From Eledone cirrhosa (Eukaryota): DNA of 64,000 nt. The notes beneath the pieces are model-generated. The model was not told the DNA's origin. It saw nothing but the letters and a program-made list of their open reading frames with translations, and did no database searches. The stretch lies in NCBI GenBank assembly GCA_964016885.1, contig OZ024743.1:54684001-54748000 (forward strand). Reading direction: 5' to 3'. Shown here piece after piece: positions 34,093 to 47,944 of this stretch; positions within the stretch are counted from its first letter, which is position 1, and each line of letters starts with the position of its first letter. A program made the position numbers and the translations under genes.

Positions 34093-35055
34093 TTGTTACA
34101 TAATAAGGTTATGTTTCCGAGGCAATCCAAGTTGAATCGACATGGGAACGGACGAAGTGTGTGCTTTTGGGTTCTTCATCCGTTCCCCTGTGAGTACCAA
34201 TTCACCTCCACCGATCTGCGCAGGCGCGTGTCCGAAGGAAGTTGACCATTAGCTACCGCCGATTTCAACGAAATTCGCTTAGTCAGTTCACCCTCTCAGC
34301 CAAACAATGACCCATTTAGGACTGTACCATAGTTTACTGCTACCCGTCCCGTCTGTGGCAGTTAGCCGAAAGCCAGAGGGGATGGGAGAGTGTTAGTTTT
34401 TACAGGTCACAATACTACCTCTCACCAAGCATGAACAGTTCGACTGACCATCAACTCCCAAGAGAAAATATACTTAATTCGAGGTATCATGGTTTTACAT
34501 TGAAAGTTATGAGTGAGAGTTGGAAATAAAAATTAAAATCCTAAATCAAAAATTATAAATTAAACAACTAAAAAATTTACAATTAGAAATTAAAAAATTT
34601 TTCAAGCGAGAATTCGGATTGAGGTGAGTAAAAAGACATAGATTGAAGTGAGTAAATAATATGGAGAGAGATGTTTAAGTAAGAAGTTCTGAGAGGGGTT
34701 CCAATGTCACAGTTACACTATCCACATATTGAACGATAGTGCCGTACATTAGAACGGAGGGTAAACTACAGTATTCAAGGCAGTAGTCAATCTGGTACAC
34801 AGTCATAATTTCCATCACATGGAACAAAACCCAAGAAAAACAGATATAAAGTACACAAAAGAAAAGAACCAATAATGAATAAATGCAAAAACACAGAGTA
34901 CATATATAATTGTCAATTTGTCAATGTATAGATTGAATTGAGGGTACTTCTGTTCAAAAGCGATTTGGTGCAGGAAAATAGGGGTTTATCTTAGTTTTTG
35001 TTTCCGCGTATGTATTTATCCTGCCATATATATATATCTGTGTGTGTGTGTGTGC

Positions 35056-35113
<58 letters not shown>

Positions 35114-35122
35114 TTCTCCTTG

Positions 35123-35148
<26 letters not shown>

Positions 35149-35154
<6 letters not shown>

Positions 35155-35954
35155 CAAATAACGAAACGAAATTAAATTTCATTTTGTTTGTAACTCACTT
35201 TTGTATGACTGACGCTTAAACAATTAAGTTAAAAATGTACATCCGCATATGTATACTGAAATACTAGTATGCATATGAATACACACACGTATACATATGT
35301 AGATGTACCAAGTCTTTCATTGGTTACTTTACTGTGAGTATCCAGCTATTCTGTATGTAAACACACAGACAAACCGGTTTTTAGAGTCATACTGGTTTTT
35401 GAGGAAACACCTTTCCTCTATTCTCCAGTATTCATATGCATACTAGTATTTCAGTATACATATGCGGATGTACATTTTTAACTTAATTGTTTAAGCGTCA
35501 GTCATACAAAAGTGAGTTACAAACGAAACGAAATTTAATTTCGTTTCGTTATTTGTTTTTATCGTCTCCGTTGAACCGGTACGTACTCACACTCTATGCA
35601 AATTAGTCTGCCCACTACTAATTTTCATAGAAAAAGCATATAACGATATGTGCTTTTACGATTCTCCAGAAAGGCCGGTAGATAGGTAAATATTGCTGAT
35701 GAGTTGTAACAACAACGAAACTAGTTCAATATTCCTTGTCTGGCTTTCTGGAGAATAGAGGAAAGGTGTTTCCTCAAAAACCAGTATGACTCTAAAAACC
35801 GGTTTGTCTGTGTGTTTACATACAGAATAGCTGGATACTCACAGTAAAGTAACCAGTGAAAGACTTGGTACATCTACATATGTATACGTGTGTGTATTCA
35901 TATGCATACTAGTATTTCAGTATACATATGCGGATGTACATTTTTAACTTAATT

Positions 35955-35958
<4 letters not shown>
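35149..35958 (+). mobile_element. Non-coding HHR repeat (retrozyme/pLTR-like): ~1.14 monomers of ~466 bp plus an inverted 280-bp piece
   Basis: 35429-35493 is repeated at 35895-35958; 35149-35428 is the reverse complement of the tandem; flanked by (TA)n. Confidence 0.8.
35689..35733 (+). ncRNA. Type I hammerhead ribozyme
   Basis: aatattg-CTGATGA-gttg taacaa caac-GAAA-ctagTT^-caatatt; helix I extendable via ttctccagaaag/ctttctggagaa. Confidence 0.85.
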
Positions 35959-36015
<57 letters not shown>

Positions 36016-36293
36016 AGGAGAATGAGATAGAGTCTGCGGGGCTGGGCCGGGAAGACCGTGAATCATGGGAGTAGTTAATACATGGAGAGATACAGAATGG
36101 GTTTACTGATATGCAAAATCCCGACCACGGCGCCAGCGGTTTCGGCTTGTTTGTTCAGCAAGTCTTTTTAAGTTGGTAGTGATATTACTACACCCTTCAA
36201 TTTTGCATATCTCTATACCCAGTCTGCATCTCCCCATGCAAATGAGTACTCCCATGATCAGCATAGCAGATTCTCTCTCTCTCTCCCTCTCTC

Positions 36294-36414
<121 letters not shown>

Positions 36415-36603
36415 GTACATATAATATGTCAGAAAAAAGCGGTTGATCGATCAGGAATTTCGATACTGGAAACAGGTACCATGATAGTCGATATATCGAT
36501 CTTTCACGATCAATCATCCCTCTAAAGCGATCGTAAAATAATGAACTAATTAATTACCTATCTCTGACTTTCGTTTTAATTTTATTGTTCTATACACACA
36601 CAT

Positions 36604-36661
<58 letters not shown>

Positions 36662-37044
36662 CACATATGTATATATATATGTGTGTATGTGTGGGGTGGG
36701 TGGGGGTACGTATGTGTGCGTATGTGTGTAACGTCTATGGTGCTGATATCGGGGATACCACAAATCAAGCGATATATATATAGGAACATCTCTATGTCAA
36801 GACTTGACCTAACTTGTGTAATTTATCAGGCAACTCTAACCGCATATTTGCTTTGTTTTAGTATATTTGTCTCAACGTATGTTGTGCCATGTCGTCGCGT
36901 GTCATCTAGCGTCTATACATAAATATATGTTATATAAACTTTTAATTCGTCTACAGCCATGTTTCTCAACTTCCGGTGAGAAATTAGTTTATTTTGCCTG
37001 GTTGACGCGATAATGTTTACGATTTGTGGGGTACCAGCCTTACT

Positions 37045-37167
37045 GATCCCGTAAGGATGAAAGGCAAAGTTAACCTCGGCGGGATTTGAACTCAGACCGT
37101 AAAGGGACGTAACTATGGTGGAAAGCATGGCGTCCGACTCTCTACCGATACTGCCAATCCTTCACCT
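37045..37167 (-). mobile_element. SINE family C 5' part
   Basis: 'gtaaggatgaaaggcaaagttaacctcggcgggatttgaactcaga..ctgccaatcc'. Confidence 0.75.
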
Positions 37168-37202
37168 TTATGACCAAAATCCAGAGAGGACTCGATAAGT
37201 GT

Positions 37203-38290
<1,088 letters not shown>

Positions 38291-38355
38291 TATATATATA
38301 TATATAAAATAAAGTTAAATAAAAGTCAAATGATTAAAATTTAGCTTCGTTTATT

Positions 38356-38410
38356 ACTGCTATATATATTTCAGTGACAGCCATCTTTGGCTGTGACCTC
38401 TTCAGGCAGT
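38356..38410 (-). ncRNA. Type I hammerhead ribozyme in a short PLE-type insertion (38306-38585)
   Basis: actgc-CTGAAGA-ggtcacagcca aaga tggctgtcact-GAAA-tatataTA^-gcagt; homolog at 59713-59767. Confidence 0.85.
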
Positions 38411-38582
38411 TTGAATTAGTATGGTATAGACAAGTACATATGTTGTTTAGGTGTATGATATTGTCAATACTCTGATATGCCCAGTTCCTTGTTGGGTTGT
38501 TAATTCACTGGGGAACTGGAGTCATATGAGTGCTCCAGCCTGCATACTGAGGTGTTGGTATACAACCAACATAAACTCAAAA

Positions 38583-39218
<636 letters not shown>

Positions 39219-39290
39219 AAGCAGATGGACCATAACGCACCAGAGTACTCAATACTTAGGGTAGTAGAGCGGGAAATAGGGAAATGTATG

Positions 39291-39386
39291 ACCCCGACGG
39301 CAGAGCTCAAGCCGTTTCGGCGGCTATTTCTGGACTAAATTAGAATTTTTAGCCTGGTAAGAAAATAGCCGAACTTTTCAAGGGGT
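39291..39386 (-). ncRNA. Type I hammerhead, U3:A8 core variant, full helix III
   Basis: acccc-TTGAAAA-gtt cggctattt..aaatagccg cc-GAAA-cggc ttgagctct gccgTC^-ggggt. Confidence 0.75.
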
Positions 39387-40171
39387 AATTCCTTATATGG
39401 GAAGATTGTAGTTGTCAAAAGGATTGCTCAAAATTTCTTGTAAACACAATTAAGTCTATCATGGCAGTGGGTGGGAGGTCGGGGTGGCAGAACTTGCCTG
39501 TAGATCAATGAGGGAGTTGGTGCAGCCGGTCAAGCGTAGAAAGTGAAATCTATACAGCAAATTCTAAGGATTGTGTATGAAACTATGCCAGAGGAAGTAG
39601 GCGAAAAAGGATTCTAAAGAAAATAGAGAAGGGACGTTATAGAATAGGTAAATCAATTGAGATTTGGAGACAATAAATAAATAAGAGAAAAATATATAAA
39701 AATATAAAATTGGATAGTAAGAAGTGATAAAAATAACTGTAGAGTCTAAAACAGCTGCTATATATAGTTGGTGTTGCGTTTTTGGCCAATGCTATAGAAT
39801 AGGTTAATAAGTTGAGAATAGAAGATACAAAATAAATAAAAAATTTTGACATTATAAAATTGGGAAGTAAAAAGTAATACAAATTCTCTGGGATCTAAAC
39901 CAGCTGTTATAGTGAGTTTGTATTGCGTTTTCGGCCAATGCTATCTTTAATTTACTGGGGTGGGGGTACTGAGGCTACAATGGCCCGGTGGGCTGCCTCC
40001 GGGTAGGCGAAAGGGGAAAAAGAAAGAGGAAGAAGATAGGGATTGAAAAGAAGTGATAGGAGGAAACAAAGGGAAGAAGAAAACAGAAAGGAAAAGAAAA
40101 GATGTGCATCTACCTATGTAAGCAGGGGTTTCCCCTATCTTATTCGGCAAGTGGGATGTTGCAGCCATTGT

Positions 40172-42140
40172 CTACCCACCCGGGTCATTGGGGGGTTTGA
40201 GGGCGATGCAAGTCCTACGCAATTGGTGTTTGCATGCAGTTAACAGTTCGTCTTTTTTGTTTAGGAATTGGTCCTTCGTAAACAGCATTTGTAATGTTTC
40301 TTCCGAGCATAAGTTACACGGACGGCGTCCTCCCGTGTAGGTGTTAGCCCTGGACAGTGAGCTCCAAGTAAGATTGTATGTTATGTTATTATCTTGGAGG
40401 TCCTAGATGTGGCCCGAAAGTGTAGTGGCATGTCGCCGGGCCGGGTTTCGGAACGAAAGTCGGTGTTGGTAGAGCTGGGTCTTAAAGTCACAAGCCGTTA
40501 ATCCTATATAAGCTTTGTTGGAGGTGTCCGTCCTCATGTTGCACTGGTAGATCACGTTACATTCCCGGCATCTGTTGTTGAGGGGGCACGTAGATCTATC
40601 AGGGCAGTTACACCTCCTGGTCGGCTCTCCACTAATGTCTAGGTTGTTTCTTCCATAGGGGTTGAGTTTTTTGTTGTTTGAGGAGGTGATGTTTTGTGCG
40701 AAGTTGAGTGTGGCGCTGTAAGAGAATTTGATAGTGTTTTTGTTGATTATGTTGTGGTAGCGGTGTTGTGGTGGGAAGTGTTTTTCGAGGAGCCTAAAGA
40801 AGATTTTCCCGATAGGGGTTGCCACCTCGGCATTGTCGGGAGGGTTGAACCACGTTACGTTGCGTGAGCGGCGGTGTCGCCTGCTGGTTCCGCTAAGGGA
40901 AGCTGGATAAAAGGATATTTCCTCCCGGAAGCCTTTCCGCTTGAGGGCCTGGTTGTAATGAGGCGCGTGTTCGTCGAATATCTGCTCATTAGCGGACAGA
41001 CGAGATATGTGGAGGGAGATGTTTTTGACCAGGGTATTGGTGATGTTTCTAGGATGGTTAGAGCGGCGGTGGATGTAGTGCAGGTTGTCGTTTAGTTTCC
41101 TGTATGGGTAGTACAGATCATTTTCGAGGTTAATGGTAACGTCCAGGAAATTGACTCGGGTTAGGGACGTTTGTAGGGTGATTTAAATCCCAGAAGAAGT
41201 TGATTAGTTGTTTAGGGACCCGGTCTGTACTACTGGGGTTGTATCCTTTGAGGGTAAGGAGCCCTTCGTCTCGGTACAATCCACCGTCGAATGCAGGAAA
41301 TATTTCAGTGAGTTTAAATAGTAGGAATAATCCTATAAGATCGGTCACCTCGGCCGAATCGGTCTCGCCCATACTGACGTCGAAAGGGATGTAGGGAGCT
41401 CTCTTTATCCACTTGGAGTTGTCGAAAAGTACGACTGTCTTCCTGGCGCGAAGAATGATATTACTTTCCTGGTCGGTGATGGGTGTGAGTGTTTTAGCAA
41501 AGTCCAAAGCGGCCGTAAGGAACGGTAAGGTAATAGATGCATAGTAACTCTCTATGTCAAACTGGATGAATTTGGTGTCCCATTTGTCCTCATTATTCCT
41601 GAACTATGAGATTACTTCCAGGGTGCTGACCCATAGGCTAAGTCTCGCGTTTTGCTTAACTTTTGGTATAACGCGGTCTAGGATCTTTTTACTGATTCTC
41701 CCTATGTCTGACTTCGTCGGGTTTATAAGCCTGATGGATGGTTTGCCGTCGAATTCGGATTTGTGGTCCTTCAGTGTGAAGTAGGAAGTCGAGGGATTCA
41801 GTGCGGTCGGCGACCCCGAGGCAGGAGGCAATTTGTTGTCCATCTAGATTTATGTCCTCGATAATTGAATGGTTAGCCTTTTTGTAGGTGGAGTTCAGGC
41901 TGCTCCTGATCAGTGTGTGGCATCTGTCAGGGTTGACGAAATAGAGGTTTCCAGTTTTGTCCGAGTGCACCAGAATAACGTTGGTGCTTTCATACTCCGT
42001 TATTTTGCTACGAAGTTGTTGTAGGAATCTGTTGTGTCTGGGTTTGAATTGTATAGCCTTGGCCGGGTGGAAGAGGTCGTTCTCGAAGGGTAAGAGCATA
42101 GGGTTCGGTGGAGGAGATTTGTAGGTATTGAATCCGAATC
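40172..42140 (-). pseudogene. Disrupted PLE polyprotein (reverse transcriptase + GIY-YIG endonuclease)
   Basis: 'SDKTGNLY', 'TLKDHKSEF..RLINPTKSDIGRISK', 'FDVSMGETDSAEVTDLIG..GLYRDEG' (YRDD>YRDE), 'WFNPP', 'CNC..CPL..C..NVIY..YIGLT', 'CNLC..LNKKDELL..CKH'; frameshifts and stops. Confidence 0.9.
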
Positions 42141-43177
42141 TCTCTTTTCTTTTCCTATCTGTTTTCTTCTTCCTTTTGTCTCCTCCTATCACTTCCTTCC
42201 ACTCCCTATATTCTTCCTCTTTCTTTTTCCCCTTTCGCCTACCCGGAGGCAGCCCACCGGGCCTTTGTAGCCTCAGTACCCCCACCCCATTAAATTAAAG
42301 ATAGTTAAAAGACGAACTGTTAACTGCATGCAAACACCAATTGCGTATGACTTACATCGCCCTCAAACCCCCCAATGACCCGGGTGGGTAGACAATGGCT
42401 GCAACATCCCACTTGCCGAATAAGATAGGGGAAACCCCTGCTTACATAGGTAGATGCACATCTTTTCTTTTCCTTTCTGTTTTCTTCTTCCCTTTGTTTC
42501 CTCCTATCACTTCTTTTCAATCCCTATCTTCTTCCTCTTTCTTTTTCCCCTTTCGCCTACCCGGAGGCAGCCCATCGGGCCTTTGTAGCCTCAGTACCCC
42601 CACCACAGTAAATTAAAGATAGCATTGGCCGAAAACGCAATACAAACTCACTATAGCAGCTGGTTTAGATCCCAGAGAATTTGTATTACTTTTTACTACC
42701 CAATTTTATAATTTCACAATTTTTTATTTATTTAGTATCTTCTATTCTCAACTTATTAACCTATTCTATAGCATTGGCCGAAAACGCAACACCAACTATA
42801 TATAGCCGCTGTTTTAGACTCTACAGTTTTTTTTTATCACTACTTACTATCCAATTTTATATTTTTATATATTTTTCTCTTATTTATTTATTATCTTCTA
42901 ATCTCAATTGATTTACCTATTCTATAACGTCCCTCCTCTATTTTCTCTAGAATCCTTTTTCGCCTACTTCCTCTGGCCTAGTTTCATACACAATCCTTAG
43001 AATTTGCTGTATAGATTTCACTTTCTACGCTTGACCGGCTCCACTTACTCCCTCATTGTTCTACAGGCAAGTTCTGCCACCCCGACCTCCCACCCACTGC
43101 CATGATAGACTTAATTGTGTTTACAAGAAATTTTGACCAATCCTTTTGACAACTACCATCTTCCCATATAAGGAATT

Positions 43178-43273
43178 ACCCTTTGAAAAGTTCGGCTATT
43201 TATTTACCAGGCTAAACATTCTAATTTAGTCCAGAAATAGCCGTCGAAACGGCTTGAGCTCTGCCGTCGGGGT
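43178..43273 (+). ncRNA. Type I hammerhead, U3:A8 core variant (inverted-arm copy)
   Basis: accct-TTGAAAA-gttcggctattt..aaatagccgtc-GAAA-cggc..gccgTC^-ggggt. Confidence 0.75.
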
Positions 43274-43562
43274 CATACATTTTCATATATATATATATTT
43301 ATATATATCAGATATTGAGTTAGAAACTCAAAATAGTCTCTTACAATTAAATACCTCCAAGAAAGAAGTTTTTCTGAGCCGTGTAATATAATTGAATATA
43401 CAAGAGTGATAAACACAAATATAAATATACATGTGTTCGAATTGTAAAGGACCAAGTTCACTAGGGTGAACAAAATACTAACTATAACAATATGGTTTGC
43501 CAGACTCAATTTAAAGTAATAAATAAAGAAAAAGAAGAACAAACCTATATTGGGAAAGCCTG

Positions 43563-43644
43563 AAACACCCAGACAGATTTGGGAGCTGTTTCGCAATTTA
43601 TTTAGCGACGGAATCACCAATTTTCTGCTCTTCAGTGGGTGTTT
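43563..43644 (-). ncRNA. Type I hammerhead ribozyme in a PLE-type fragment (43310-43648)
   Basis: aaacaccca-CTGAAGA-gcag..ttgc-GAAA-cag ctcccaaat ctgTC^-tgggtgttt; 9-bp perfect helix I; downstream sequence related to 60574-60700. Confidence 0.85.
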
Positions 43645-43645
43645 A

Positions 43646-43695
<50 letters not shown>

Positions 43696-43934
43696 TGTGT
43701 GTGTGTTTAACTGCAGTTAGAGGCGGAACGCCGTTCGAAGCACTCACTGCTGATACGAAGTCCGTTACGTGTTGGTTTGTACCCCAGTGTTAATTTGGAT
43801 GTAGTGTACAGTGGGCCAAAGGAGTAAGCAGAATCGAGGTCAGTTTTGCAGTATATATACAAGCTTTATTGACATATTACAATTCTTTTCATATCTAATT
43901 TTTGTACATATATAACACTGATTTCAATTCTACT

Positions 43935-43984
<50 letters not shown>

Positions 43985-44029
<45 letters not shown>

Positions 44030-45053
44030 CTTTGTCTCTCTGTCTCTCTGTTCCTATGCATTCTCAAACGGCTGGAACAAATCAAATCAAATTCTACAAG
44101 GTATTAGACCCCAGGAGTGTCAACATGTAATTTTTATTTTCACTTGGATTAAAAAAATATATTTTATCTAAAATAACATTTCCATAGTGAATTATAGTAA
44201 ACTACCACCACCACCATCTCCACCACCACGAGTGATATTTTGTATATGAGTGTGTATGTGTCTGTGAGTGTGTTTGCGAATTCTTTACTACGTAAGTTGC
44301 ATACACATCATCTTCACACACAGACAATTAAGCACACACACAGATCTACTCATATGTGATGACAGACAGGTGCGTCTTAATGTATGTCTGTGTTTGTCTG
44401 TCTTAGTATGTGTATGTGGGTGTATGCGAGTGTATGTGAGAGTATATGTGAGAGTATATGTGAGAGTGTATGTGCGTGTGAGTGTATGTGAGAGTGTGTG
44501 TGTAAGTGTATGTGTGAGTGTATGTGTGCGTGAGTGTATTTGTGATAATTTTCATTTTCATTTGCATTAAGACAATAGAATACTAGACTACAACACACCT
44601 TTGTCACATTTTGTATATCAATATGTATGTGTCTATGAGTGTGCGTGTGCGCGTTCATTGGGTACGTTTTTAAATATACACACACAACTACACATATGTA
44701 GCAACTGACCAAAAATGATGTGAAAAGCTATGCGTTTGTCTGCGTGAATGTATGTCTGTGTGTGTCTGTCTTAGTATATGTATATGAGAGTGTATGTGTG
44801 TGAGTGTGTCGCAACAATTTATTCATTTGGGCACCATCAAAAAATTACACAATGAATATTGTTTACCCTTAGGTACTTCAAGATTCACAGATTTTCGTTT
44901 CTCAATTTTATTATCATTACAATTTTGATATCTTTAAAAATAAAATATAGATATTTTGAAATAATTATGAGAAAAAAACATATCTTCATATTTATTGTTT
45001 ACTAATCTGAAAAAGAACACCAGTAACCCGGGCAACGCCGGGTAATTCAGCTA

Positions 45054-45054
<1 letters not shown>
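43985..45054 (+). mobile_element. Non-autonomous Helitron
   Basis: 3' hairpin 'acccgggcaacgccgggt' + 7 nt + CTAG|T at 45026-45055. The 5' boundary is approximate (TC followed by TA run and 'ttctcaaacggctggaac'). Confidence 0.65.
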
Positions 45055-45094
<40 letters not shown>

Positions 45095-45539
45095 ATATGT
45101 ATATAGAGGGTGGTGTTTTATATATAAATCTGCATAGAACGTTCAGACATTAACTGAATGAGCACTCAATACATGTGAACAGAATATACTTATGATTTTC
45201 CGAAGAAAAAAGGTGCCAACGACTTCTAAGCTACGGTGATAGTGTATCAGCCCTGTTAATTACCTTTTCTTAATTGCTTAGAAAACATAATGAATCATTA
45301 AAATTCTAATGCTTTATGATGACTATCGCATTCTGTGTTTCATTAAATAAATGATTCACCATGAATATTTCCCCACGAGCTAATGAAGTTCATCCCTTTC
45401 TTCCCCCACACTGTCTCCATTGTATAATTTGAAATTATAAGACTTAATGGGTGTTAGTGAATCGACTTTCGATTACATAAATCGCCCGATGTTTATACCG
45501 ATGAAATTTACTTAGGCTAGTATTATTAATTAACTCGGG

Positions 45540-45870
45540 TATGCTTACACACCATCAAACAGTTTACAGATATGGGATTATAATGTCTCAGGAAAGAATC
45601 GCTGAATATATTTTACGGGCAAATCAATCGGCAGGATTGTAGCCCTCGAGCAATATGGATGGATCATATTCATGAGTTCAGTTGGTCTCGCTTGGGGATC
45701 CAACCAGATCAATTAAAGACGGTTGCTTCTGGCAAGACCCGTTGAATAGGCGGGTTTGAGGACGCTGTCTACGAAGAAGAAGAAGAAGAAGAAGAAGAAG
45801 AAGAAGAAGAAGAAGAAGAAGAAGAAGAAGAAGAAGAAGAAGAAGAAGAAGAAGAAGAAGAAGAAGAAGA
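45540..45870 (+). mobile_element. RTE-like LINE 3' fragment ending in (GAA)n
   Basis: 'MSQERIAEYIL..PRAIWMDHIHEFSWSRLGIQPDQL'; related to 28.7-29.0 kb. Confidence 0.55.
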
Positions 45871-47072
45871 ATTCCTTAAAGAAATACTCTATAGGTTCTA
45901 TTGTTGTTGATACTGCTGTCGTTGATATATGACGTCTGCTGGTGTGAGGAATCACAAACCTACCTGTCAGAAATTACTGAATGCATATCGTGTATGACAC
46001 GTGAATGATATGTCAGTTATACTGGGCCCTTAGCTTTCTAACGTCTAACAGGTACCATCCTATTCATTTAAGAGAGTTTTGTAAGCTCTGTTAGAATGAT
46101 TTATAACTAATGCTGACATAAAGCAGAATATTACTACTGAATATATATATTAATTAGGGAAATTTGTTAAACTATGATTGATGAGAAGATTTGTGATAGA
46201 TGAGCGTGAATAGAAGAATATTTTGAGTAATAGACAACTAGCAGAGAGTCTGCTCAGTTGTTAATAATCCGTTCAATGATTCATATCGATCCTAGGTCAT
46301 CTAGCTCAGTGATTCTCAAACGGGAAACACTTGGTTCTTTGGGGAAGAATTTCAGACTCCAATGTATTTCACTTAGCTGATCGTATGAACGATATGATAG
46401 TATATTTGACAGTGGTAAGTATGTGGTCAAAACACTTAACTGGCCACTTTATGTATGTAAATATCATCATGTGATATAATCTACTCTACTTTGGATAGTC
46501 AAGACACTCAGCTGTTTCTGTTACAGCTTAGTCAAGGAGGGATGACACTTTATTTTATCAAGGCATCCGGGACTAGTTGAAGGGCGAGATGAAGTTGTCC
46601 CCACATCAGAGACCTGACACAAATGCATGCAGCAAACTCAACTCAGCTAAAGGTACCCAAAGACTAGCTGATGGCACTAAAAGAGTGAGATGATTTAAGT
46701 CTACCTAGCACAAACACAGAGCACCTAGATCTGGAACAAATACTGTAAAGCATCTTGTCTGATTTCTTTAACAGTTTCGGTAATTCACCGCCCTTGATTA
46801 TTTTGACATTATTTTGACATTATTTTGTCGTCCTCGGAAGGATGAATTGCAAAACTGACCGCGGCAGAATTTGAGCCGGAACTAATCCCACGAAGCATTT
46901 TCCTGCATGCTAACGATTGTGCTAATTTGTCATCTTAGCTGGTGTGTGTAATGTGGAACTATCGATTGACTCTTTGTCTTGTTGAATTCACCACAAAGGA
47001 AAACCTAACTATGACAGACAACCGTTTCTCCATGGTTGTGCTTAGATCAACTTTTCAGAAATAAGAAATAAT

Positions 47073-47261
47073 TCTTTCTACTTTTGGCACAAGGCCAGTA
47101 ATTATCCCAGTGCATTACTGGTACTTTATTTTATCGACCTCGTAAGGAGGAAAGGCAAAGTTAACCTCAGTAGGATTTGAAATCAGACCATAAAGGGGCA
47201 TAACTCTATGCTGCAAAGCATGGCGTCCGACCCTCTACCGACACTGCCAATCCACCGCCAT
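47073..47261 (-). mobile_element. Full-length SINE family C with 16-bp target-site duplication
   Basis: TSD 'agaaataagaaataat' at 47057-47072 and 47262-47277; head 'ggcggtggattggcagtgtcggtagag'. Confidence 0.85.
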
Positions 47262-47883
47262 AGAAATAAGAAATAATAATACCACGACCACTACCACCAT
47301 CACCACCGCCACAAGCACCACTACCACCACCACTACTACTACTACGACTCGCATATATCATTCTTATTGTGTAAAGAGCTATTTATTAATTGCAGGCATG
47401 ACTGGGTTCAATCCTACTGCGAGTTACCTTGTGCAAGTGTCTTCAGCTATAGGTTCCAGTTGAACCATGGCTTGAGTGGGATTTGTTAAATGGAAACCCA
47501 TAATGTGAATAAGTGAGTGCGTGTGTGTGTATGTGCGCGCGCGTGGGTGTGTTTGTGCGTGCATGAGTGCGTGTGCGTGTGTGTATGGGAATTATCAATA
47601 CGACAAAAAAAGGATATCGATCAAATAAGTTGAAAAAGAAATGAGGTGAATGCCATCGTGTAAAATGTTTAATGGTGGTACCACAGCGTGACCGCGATCA
47701 AATGATTGGACCCAGTTACAAAATAAAGGAATATATGGTTTTATGAGACCTTGGAGGACCAGGCGAGAAACAAAAATTAGGATAATTGTAATATCAATAA
47801 TTAGTACGTCTCTCGTAAAGTCGCTTGAGGGAGAATAAACATAATTTAGATTGTTGGAATAGTCTTCTATAAACCTAATCCAT

Positions 47884-47944
<61 letters not shown>

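Larger units (their letters stand above)
39216..43282 (-). mobile_element. Penelope-like element, Naiad-type, 5'-truncated with inverted 3'-end copy
   Basis: RT and GIY-YIG remnants; arms ~39282-40257 and ~42307-43282 are reverse complements; extra partial copy at 42140-42304; ~70-bp tail on the left only; (TA)n flanks. Confidence 0.9.

Noticed and set aside
40300-40620. Selenocysteine-encoding Naiad (in-frame UGA in Cys motifs)
   Set aside because: The CNC/CPL/C and CNLC positions are all TGT/TGC; the internal stop at 40403 is TAG.
43273-43650. Hydrophobic 125-aa ORF resembling the ORF at 60574
   Set aside because: AT-rich non-coding repeat that overlaps a hammerhead; similarity is at DNA repeat level.
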